DNA from: an uncultured Planctomycetales bacterium
GTDB lineage: Bacteria; Omnitrophota; Gorgyraeia; Zapsychrales; JANLHA01
Assembly: GCA_964595465.1 (NCBI GenBank)
Contig: CAZQQI010000010.1
Coordinates: forward strand, 1-60,265
Length of the DNA stretch: 60,265 bases
Reading direction: 5' to 3'
The position numbers were made by a program, and so were the translations under genes. Shown here in pieces: positions 8,255-17,300 of this stretch (position 1 is the first letter of the stretch; each line of letters starts with the position of its first letter). Under the pieces are notes generated by a model. It saw only the letters and a program-made list of their open reading frames with translations. It ran no database searches and was not told the DNA's origin.

Positions 8255-9580
8255 ATGAGAATCAAGAGTGCAGCAGTCAGGATGATGAGTTTGATTATGA
8301 TTATGTTTGCCGTGGGCGTTAGTCCAGTCCAGGCAGATGATGACGTTATGAAAAAAATTCAAATAATGGAAAACAGGATAAAGGATTTGGAAAATCGTTT
8401 GGCGGTTTACGAGGTTAATGGGCGGGGAACTGATCGTAAATTGAGTCAAGTTGAAGAAAAAGTTTCCGGTTTTGAAGGGAAACTTGAACAAGTAAAATCG
8501 CAAGGTATCGGTGCGCTTGCTGAAGGTGTTGAGATTGGCGCCGGAGCGACGCTTGTTTATCAGTTTACGGATAATGCCAACGGTGATGATCTTTCTCAGA
8601 ACAGCGAGGATGTCGGCGATGCGTCATATTCCGTTGATCTTGAATTATCGAAGGAATTTGATGATTACGGAAAAGCGTTGATCTTGTTTGAGGCGGGCGA
8701 AGGGGCTGGCGTTGAAGATGAGCTCAAAGTTTTAAGTAATGTTAATTTTGACGCCACGGATGGCGATTCCAATCTTGGCGTTGTTGAGGGGTGGTATGAG
8801 CAATACATGGGACCTCTCACTTTCAGATTTGGTAAGCTGGATCCCACGTATTTAATTGATAACAATAATTATGCCAATGATGAGGCATCTCAGTTCTTGG
8901 CGCGCATTTTTCGCAATAATCCTGTTGTGGCATTTGCTGATAATGGGGCAGGATTACGATTAGCTGTTTCCCCCAATGAATTGATTGATATTGAATCACT
9001 TGTCATGGATGGAAATGGTGATTGGGAGGACATGTTTGAGGATACTTTCTATGCTGGGCAGATTAATATTAAGCCAAATCTGTTTGACCGTCCGGGGAAT
9101 TACCGTTTTTACGGATGGGGAAGTGACCGGGAGCATACAAAATGGGATGATGCTGCTCAAACCAAAGAAGGGAATTATGGTTTTGGCTTAAGTTTTGATC
9201 AGGAAATTGCTGATGGGCTTGGGCTTTTCGCTCGCTATGGGTGGCAAAATCCGGAAGTATTTCTAAACGGCGAAGACATCTCGTTAGAGCAGTCCTATAG
9301 TGTTGGGATGCAGCTGGCTGGTTCAGAATGGGATAGGGATGACGATGTTTTTGGATTAGCCTTTGGCGGGGTTATGCCATCTGATGATTATAAGAAAACA
9401 AACAGTGCTTTAAAGGCAGATACCGAACATCATCTTGAAGCATATTATAATTATAAAGTAAACGATCATCTTTCCATTAGTCCGGATATTCAGATTATTT
9501 GGAATCCGTATGGAGGCGATGCAACGAATGGAGATAAAACGATCGTTGTCGGTGGTATCAGAAGTCAGATTGATTTCTGA
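8255..9580 (+). CDS. OprB-like (carbohydrate-selective type) outer-membrane porin with an N-terminal coiled coil
   Basis: GGAGGG RBS before ATG 8255. Signal peptide MRIKSAAVRMMSLIMIMFAVGVSPVQA, a coiled-coil segment, then a beta-barrel-like body ending in a C-terminal Phe (IRSQIDF). The reading frame stays open upstream to ATG 8150 (see findings). Confidence 0.7.
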   Translation: MRIKSAAVRMMSLIMIMFAVGVSPVQADDDVMKKIQIMENRIKDLENRLAVYEVNGRGTDRKLSQVEEKVSGFEGKLEQVKSQGIGALAEGVEIGAGATLVYQFTDNANGDDLSQNSEDVGDASYSVDLELSKEFDDYGKALILFEAGEGAGVEDELKVLSNVNFDATDGDSNLGVVEGWYEQYMGPLTFRFGKLDPTYLIDNNNYANDEASQFLARIFRNNPVVAFADNGAGLRLAVSPNELIDIESLVMDGNGDWEDMFEDTFYAGQINIKPNLFDRPGNYRFYGWGSDREHTKWDDAAQTKEGNYGFGLSFDQEIADGLGLFARYGWQNPEVFLNGEDISLEQSYSVGMQLAGSEWDRDDDVFGLAFGGVMPSDDYKKTNSALKADTEHHLEAYYNYKVNDHLSISPDIQIIWNPYGGDATNGDKTIVVGGIRSQIDF

Positions 9581-9786
9581 ACGGATGTTTTTAGGGCGGT
9601 TGTTGTTATTTCTCGGGAAATAGTTTCTCTAAAAAAAGTACCAGGTACTTTACACGCATGGGCCAGCGAAATCCCGTCAGCCACCCTTTTTCTTAAACCC
9701 TTGTAGCTTAATAATTTGCAAGGATTTTTTCTGGATTCAAGGGTCTAGCGCAACACGTTCATGCGTTAGTGGAAAATTTTCATATC

Positions 9787-9814
9787 TTGACAATTTAAAA
9801 TTGTATTTTAAAAT
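9787..9814 (+). promoter_or_regulatory. Near-consensus sigma70 promoter giving a leaderless or near-leaderless mRNA
   Basis: TTGACA (9787-9792), 16-nt spacer, TAAAAT (9809-9814). ATG 9821 is only 6 nt after the -10 element and there is no SD. Confidence 0.5.
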
Positions 9815-9820
9815 AGTCAT

Positions 9821-11044
9821 ATGTACATCAAACGACTTCTTGAGAAAAGCCTGAACGATTCGGTCAAAACATTTCCGGTCTTGTTGATTACAGGGCCCCG
9901 CCAGTCAGGAAAGACAACACTTGTCCAGCATGTATTGGGACGAAAATATCAGTATGTGTCCTTGGATGAATTAGATGTTCGCAGTCTTGCCATTGAAGAT
10001 CCCAGGGCCTTTCTGCAGCAGTTTTCCGCGCCGATTATCATTGATGAAATTCAAAACGCTCCGGACTTATTGTCTTATATTAAGGCGTTAGTTGATAAGG
10101 ATAGAAAGCCTGGTCAGTGGGTATTGACCGGGTCGCAGCAGTTTCCATTAATGCGTAATGTGAGCGAGTCATTGGCGGGGCGTGTTGCCGTATTGACGTT
10201 ATATCCTTTTGCTTTGGACGAAATGACCGGGAGATTGCGTCCCGCGCTTGATCAGGCAAGCGAGTATATTCTTTCTTTGATGAGGGAGAAGTCAGTAAAA
10301 AAGGGCTCGTTGTCGGTAGGGCAATGGCTTTTGAATGGCGGGTATCCGGAGATTTTTGTTAATAAAGAGGTGATAAAAAAAATATGGTTTTCGAGTTATG
10401 TGCAGACTTATATTGACCGTGATGTGCGGGGAAATATTCGGACGGCAAATTTAAATGATTTTGAACGTTTTATTCGGGTATTGGCGGCACGGACGTCTCA
10501 GGAGTTGAACTATTCCACGATTTCCCGGGAGATTGGCGTAACCGTCCCGACAATCAAATCATGGGTTTCTTTTCTAGAGGCGAGTTCATTGATCTATTTG
10601 CTTTATCCGTATCATAAGAATTTAGGCAAGCGTGTTATTAAATCGCCGAAATGTTATTTTATGGATACGGGATTGGTGTCGTTTTTGGTCGGCCTGCAAG
10701 ATGAGGCGCATTTGCTGAGTGGCCCGATGGCCGGGGCCTTATTTGAAACGGCGTGTGTTACCCAGTTTGTTAAAAGGTTCTCGGCCTTAATGGATGCGTG
10801 TTCTTTATATTTTTATCGCAGCGTAGACGGGCTTGAGGTGGATCTTTTAATTGAAACGGCAGACGGCATATTTCCAGTTGAGATGAAGAGTTCTTCGACT
10901 TTAACAGCGAAACACGCAGGCGGGCTGCAGGCATGGTTAAGATTATCTGAACAAAAGCAGGATAAAGGGCTGATTGTTTCGACCTCTGAGCGACAAGGGC
11001 TGATCACATCAAATATCAGCAATTGTCATTTCTCATTGTTGTAG
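9821..11044 (+). CDS. AAA ATPase of the DUF4143/COG1373 type (copy 1)
   Basis: Walker A GPRQSGKTT, Walker B IIIDEIQ, and a C-terminal region typical of DUF4143 ATPases. It is a paralogue of 19321-20538. Confidence 0.8.
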   Translation: MYIKRLLEKSLNDSVKTFPVLLITGPRQSGKTTLVQHVLGRKYQYVSLDELDVRSLAIEDPRAFLQQFSAPIIIDEIQNAPDLLSYIKALVDKDRKPGQWVLTGSQQFPLMRNVSESLAGRVAVLTLYPFALDEMTGRLRPALDQASEYILSLMREKSVKKGSLSVGQWLLNGGYPEIFVNKEVIKKIWFSSYVQTYIDRDVRGNIRTANLNDFERFIRVLAARTSQELNYSTISREIGVTVPTIKSWVSFLEASSLIYLLYPYHKNLGKRVIKSPKCYFMDTGLVSFLVGLQDEAHLLSGPMAGALFETACVTQFVKRFSALMDACSLYFYRSVDGLEVDLLIETADGIFPVEMKSSSTLTAKHAGGLQAWLRLSEQKQDKGLIVSTSERQGLITSNISNCHFSLL

Positions 11045-11082
11045 GCAACAGGTTCTAACCTGGCCCAGCCAGCCACCCCAGA
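11041..11082. repeat. REP-like element: small hairpin plus CAGCCACCCCAGA
   Basis: A cagg-N6-cctg hairpin followed by cagccaccccaga (11070-11082). It is homologous to 20603-20646. Partial copies are at 9678-9686 and 18896-18907. Confidence 0.6.
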
Positions 11083-11394
11083 CTTGACGATAAGTCGAAA
11101 CAGGGGCCCTGTGGGCCACGGTTTCGGCGTTAACCCCGTCCTGATCATCATTCAGGTCGGGGTTTTCGTTTTTAAGGGGCATTTCCGGCAGATTATGGGG
11201 CAAACATTCGGGTTGGACGAAAAGGTTCATTTCGATCGTATCATCGTGGACGATGATGCTGTGGATCAGCATTTGCTCAATTTATAAACGTATGAATGCC
11301 AACATGTTACGAAAGCAAAAAAATTGGCATATTATAATATTATATGGCATACTTTCTATAGATTTTCTAGTTTTAAATACAAAAGGGTATTAGG

Positions 11395-14300
11395 ATGTTT
11401 AAGTTGTCAACAAAAAATATATATGTGCGCAAGGCTATTTCTTCAATAGCCCTTGTTGCTTTTTTCTTTAATACTTTTGCATTGCCGGTCAGGCATTCTT
11501 ATGCACAGGAATTGTTTCAGCTTCCGCAACCCGGCGTTCTTCTTAATCTAAGTCCAGCCTTCACACCACCTCTTCTTAAGGGCGTCAAAGTTTATCCTGA
11601 TAATCCGTTCAGGCTAGATTTTATTTTGGATAAAGGGAACTCCGCGGAGTCAATCGAAGATTTAAAGACAGAATCAACTCGTCTCATCAAATATTTTCTT
11701 GCCTCGGTGACCGTTCCTGAAAATGATCTGTGGGTTAATCTCTCGCCGTACGAAAAGGATCGTATTATTCCAAATGCTTTTGGCGTGACGGAGATGGGGA
11801 GAGATCTTCTGGCGCAAGACTATATTCTCAAGCAACTCACAGCATCAATGATTTATCCGGAAGAAAAAATCGGGAAAGAGTTTTGGGACAGGGTTTATGA
11901 AGAGGCTCGGAAACGATATGGCACAGCGGATATTCCGATCGACACTTTTAATAAGGTTTGGATCGTTCCGGCCAAGGCCACGGTCTATGAAACAAAGGAT
12001 TCGGCTTATGTCATCGAGAGTCGTTTGAAGGTTCTTTTGGACGAGGACTACTTGGCTCTCGAAAAAGGCACAGCCGGAAAATCTGACAGTAATAAAGCAA
12101 AGGAAACGAGCAAGCTGGGATCGGAGATCGTTCGCGAGATCGTGATTCCGATTCTTGAGAAAGAGGTTAATGAGGGGAAAAACTTTGCGCAATTAAGACA
12201 GGTGTATCAATCGCTTATTTTGGCGATCTGGTTTAAGGACAAAATTCGAGAGAGCCTTTTTGGCAAGGTTTATGTGGATCAGGAAAAGACGGGTGGAGTC
12301 GATATTGCTGATAAGGCCGAGAAAGATAAGATTTGGGCGCGGTATGTCGAAGCATTTAAGAAAGGCGCGTATAACTACATTAAAGAAGATTATGACCCCG
12401 TGACAGAAGAAATCGTGGCGCGCAAGTATTTCTCCGGTGGGGCGGGATTAAATCGAATTAGAGGGGTTTACGAAAAGACAAAAGACCGCGGAGAATTGCC
12501 GGAAGGTGTTTCTGATAATGCAATGGTCGTTCAGTCGATACTTAATTTTAAGGGGCCGCTTCTAGAAAATCGTGAACTTGAAGAGGAAATCAAAAATATT
12601 CTGGATACGTCCCAATATCAACTTCTTTATGCTCAAATGGTAGCATCCCAAAAAGAAGGGTTGGAAAAACGGGATACCGGCGATAGATTGATTTCTCAGG
12701 GAGTGCCTGAACTTCAATTACCAAATGACCACAAGGTTACGATTGATACAGATTCCGATTTAGTTCAACAAAAGATGGATCCTTTTGTTGCAACAATGGA
12801 TCTTTCGACGCCAAAGGTGATTGCTTTCACGGGTCCGCCAGGATCCGGAAAATCGGTTTATGGTGGACAGTTAATGAACGCGCTTGTTCAGAATACCAAG
12901 TTGCCGATATTCCGCTTTCTGCCGGGTATGATTTTTCGATTTGTCGGATACATTTTATACAAAGAAAACACTCTTCCTCAGGATAGGGAGCAAAAAGTGC
13001 GGGAAATTCTTTCCAATATCCACGTCGAAGAGGTGGGTGGAGTCCGTAAGCTTTTTTATAATACGATTGATATTATCGATGATCCTCAACTACATAAGGA
13101 ACTTTCAGCTAAGGATCTACTGACTTTTATCGCTCAAATAGCTTCTGAATTTCAGACGGTTATTATGGATTTCTCACGGGAACTTGTGAGCGATCAGATT
13201 AAAGCAGGGGGTCATGTTGTTTTGGAAGGTCGGGAATACAGTTTAAACAATTTAGGCGTTTCGTATTTGATCAGACTGGTGTCTGCCCTTGAAGGTCGTG
13301 TTCAACGAAAAATTTATGAACGTATCGCAGATTGCTACAGGAGAGGGGAAAGTTTGGAGCAGGCGGTCGAAAGTGCCGCTAAAGAGTTGTCCGCTTTTCC
13401 TGTGTTGACCAAACAATTGATTAAACGAGGGGCGTTGAGTACTGAAGGGAAAACGTATGACGAGATTCTGTCAGATAGTATTGGCGTTTTGAGCCCGAGC
13501 TTGAGAAAGCGTTTAAGTGCTGACCAAAAAAAGGATGAACTTGATCTATTTCTAGTTGGGGCGTATTTACCGGGGCCTTTCCGCAATAAGGATACCCGAG
13601 GGAAACCAGAGTGGGATAATTCTATTAAATATCTTAAAAATTTTATTAAGAAAGAGTTAGCTAAAATCCATAAGGCTCAACCCGAGGCTCTTTCCGAAAG
13701 AGATATGCAGAAGAAAGAGGAGGAAGCGGTCGCGCTTTTGAATGCATTAATTGAATTTGATCAAGGAAAATATTGGGATGTCATGACGGCTGCAGAAAAT
13801 GTAGCCAGTGTTCAGCGTATTGTAAAACTTGTTGTTTTCGGGAATCCAGAATACAGTGAATACGACGAGAATCCAGTTTTTCGAGTGTCGGGAGCTAATG
13901 CCAACAGAATTGCAAAAAAGGCACTTAAGGGTTCGCATTTTCAGGAATTGGCTGATTCGTTGCCAGGTCTCGTTGAAGAGCAGGATATTCCGCAGCTTCA
14001 GAAGACATTGGAGGAGCTTTTTAAGATCGCTATTTACGCCGCAACCCCTAAAGTAGACTATACGAATCTGGATTTTCAGACTGATGAGGGTAAAGCTGTA
14101 GATTTTGTTCGAAAGGTTATTGGGGAGGCCAAGGGGCAACGATTTAGTTTTAACAGTGTGGCGCATTTTATTCAAAATGTTCTTTTATCTAAGAAACCGA
14201 TGACGGTTTTATTCCTTCCGGATGATGTGGGAGATTCCGTTGCACATCTATATCTCATCCAGCAATATATGAAAAGCAATGCGAACCTTAAGTTTGTTCT

Positions 14301-17300
14301 GCTTCCTAAAAGCCGTCAGTACGGCAAAGATCTTTCATTTAATGATCTTGTCGAGACTCTTGATAGGGACGCGAATGAGGGTGGCCTTTTGTCTGACTTC
14401 AACCGTTTTGTTAAAGAAGGCAGGATTGTTATTTCTCAAGGAGGATCGGCGGGCGCTGGAATTAATCTTAAGGATTTGAATGATGAAGGGGCGAGGCAAT
14501 TCAAAGAAGCAGATTGTGTGATGTCTGTTGGGCAGACGTATTTTGAGACATTAAATGGATTGAAGAAGGATATTTATCATTTTTTCTCTCTAGAATCGAT
14601 TATTGCCAAGACGATTACTGGGGCGCCGATCGGGACGTTTGCTTTTGCTCATGTGAATGGAAAATATTATCACGTTTATGCGGCTGAAGGAGCGGAACCT
14701 GCATTCACCTTATCTGACTATTACAGTGAACGTCGATATATAGAAGAAGGTCGTAAGGAAGGACGTTTTGATAGAGAGAACCAAGTGGAATCTCTTCACC
14801 CCGTGTGGTTGTTGGATTTCATGAATCCATTATCTCAAAACACCTTTTTGACGGGAGGGAAGGCTGCCGTCTTATCCAATATAATTCAACATAACTTTTC
14901 AGATTTTATTGTTTATCCTGGCTTTACTGTGACCACCGAGGCAACAAGAGAACTTTTGTCTGAGCCCGGCATCAGAGGAAAGCTTAATAAGTTAACAGAT
15001 CAGGTCGTTGTTTGGCATTATTGTCAGTTGTTGCATGCCAGGGGAGAGACTATTTTCCCTGGAACACAGATTCTTTTGGCAGAGTTTCAAAAACAAACAG
15101 AGGAAAGAATCAATAACTTGGCTAGGGATATTCAAACGATTATTGTTAATGGAGGTTTTTCTCCAGAATTTCTTGAGGCTTTTCAAAACAAACTCCGGCA
15201 TTACGAAAAGAATTTTCCAGGGGCTGTATTTATCCCCCGTAGCTCAGCTCCCAATGCTGAGGATCTTCCAGATGCCTCGTTCGCCGGGCAACAAGACAGT
15301 ATGCCTAATCTTTCAGGCACAGTGAATGTTTTAGATGGAGTTAAGAGAGTTATTGCCTCCTTATTTTCAGAACGGGCGATTATGTATCGGATAACACAGC
15401 AAGCCAATCGTTTATCTAAAGAATTGAATAATAGCAATGAAGAAGAGCTGCTAGAAAATATTGAGCGATGGCTATCTGGAGATGATTTGAGCCCTTTAAA
15501 TGTAAGTATGGCTGTTCCCGTACAACTTATGGTTAAAGATCCACGAGCGTCGGGCGTTGTATTTAGTATGAATCCAGAAGATGGCAGTTCTGATATTCGA
15601 GTAGAAGCAACTATTGGTTTTGGAAGTAATGTGGATGGGCTAGTGACACCTGATGTTTGGATTGTCGATCCTAGAACCTTTGAGATTAAAAGCAAAACCC
15701 TTGGGCGTAAGGTTAAGAAATTTATTGCAGAATCTTCAGGTGGGATGAAGGTCATTGACGCGCTATCGGAAGAGGAATCTTCCTATTCCTTATCAGACGC
15801 TGAAGTGGTTCAGGCGGCTAAGGCTGTTTTGGCTGTGCGTGATTTGCAAAAATGGAATAAGTCTGAGTCGGAGTTTGCCATTGATCAACAGGGGAAGCTT
15901 GTTATTAATCAGGCAAGGCCTGAGACGACAGGAGGGCGTGCCGGAGAATCGATGGCTAGCCGTCGGATTGTTGATGCCAATGCTGTTGGGAATGCCACTG
16001 CTCTCGTAAGGGGCGGGATGCGCGGGTATGTGAACGCGGTGCATCTTAAGGTTCAGGTTGTTGAGAATCTTGAGGATTTTATGGAAAGCAATCAGGATGC
16101 GTTAGTGGATGCGGATACTTTGATTGTTGCTCCTCAAACGAATGCATCCTGGAATACGCTTTTGTTACGTTCAGGGGGAATGGTGACAGAAGCAGGAGGT
16201 ATTACTTGTCACACGGCAATTGTTTCCCGCGAATGGAAGAAACCGGCGATTATCGGGATGCCGAATGCAATCGAAACATTCAGTGCCTTGGATGGACAAT
16301 GGGTTACGCTAGATCCATATTCTCTGTCAATTTATCAAGGCAAGGTGTCGCTTATTGATTCTCAAATTGATCTTAGGACTATGCCAAAAGTGAATTTGGG
16401 GGAAAGAAACACTCGTGAGCATCGTCGAAACATCGCCAGAAAAGGCGGGTATACGGATGAAGAGGGAATATGGATGAAGGCTCCGCGGCATCCTTTGGGC
16501 GCGCTGGTCATGGACATTTTTCAAGAAGGATATGTCCTTTTAGGACAATATTTTAATTTGCCTATGCATTTGAAGACAGAGCATGACACATCGAGAAATG
16601 CGCAATACCAAGAAGATTTGCTCTGGGTGCGGTTTGATGATAGGGATGGGATTATTCAATATTTCGAGAAACTTTCCAATAAGGATCTCTATAAAATCTT
16701 TTTTGAAAAGTTGCGAGCGTCACAAGATTTTGTAGAGAAGTCTTCTAGTCTTGGGACAGATTTGAATGACATTAAGGATTGGCTTGATGTATACGCAAAG
16801 CATATGCAGTATCGACATTTGGCTTGGAACCTTTCTGTCATGTTTCAGGAAAGGCTCAAGATATCTGGTCTTTCAGATATTCATATGGATGCCATGACAC
16901 AGTATTTGCGAGAAGGGAATATCCCTCCAGAGATAAAACAGTATTATTCAAGTTATTCTTTGTTTCCCCTTGAGACGGAGAAAATGATGAGGAGTTTGTC
17001 CAATATTTCTGATTTCATTGGGCAGGACGAGAAGCTTGTTCAGCTCTTTAAAGGTCATTCTCCTGAGGTTGTTCTAAATGCCTTGCAGGAGCAGTCTTCG
17101 TCGATTTTAAACCAAATCAGGCAGCATGCCCAAACTTTTAAAGTATTAGATTCAACTGATCCTCGTATCACTCTTGAAGAAAAGATGATCCGCGTTGTTA
17201 AAGATATCCAAGGGTATCTTAAAGCGACTCAAGCGGAGTATCCTGAAGGGAAAAAAGATTATAAAAAAGTATTGGCAAAACTTACACCCGGTCAGTTTGA

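Noticed and set aside
11033-11272. Minus-strand 79-aa ORF (MLIHSIIVHDDTIEMNLF...) resembling the C-terminal end of a recombinase, which would make it a fossil recombinase next to the REP-like motif.
   Set aside because: The similarity is only a short motif-level impression. No catalytic region is present. The C-terminal WGGWLGQVRTC part coincides with the REP-like hairpin element, whose conservation pattern (stem kept, loop changed) fits a nucleic-acid structure rather than coding sequence. Not called.
15201-15755. Long antisense or alternate-frame ORFs inside confident genes. Examples: 15201-15755(-), 20917-21423(-), 26044-26496(-), 27718-28125(-), 32357-33058(-), 34157-34834(-), 37000-37503(+), 51370-52104(-), 53304-53864(-), 54087-54578(-), 55837-56379(-).
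   Set aside because: Each is fully embedded in a gene with clear family motifs on the other frame or strand. They have low-complexity or Pro/Arg/Ser-rich translations typical of shadow ORFs in GC-richer DNA, and they lack RBS and motif support.
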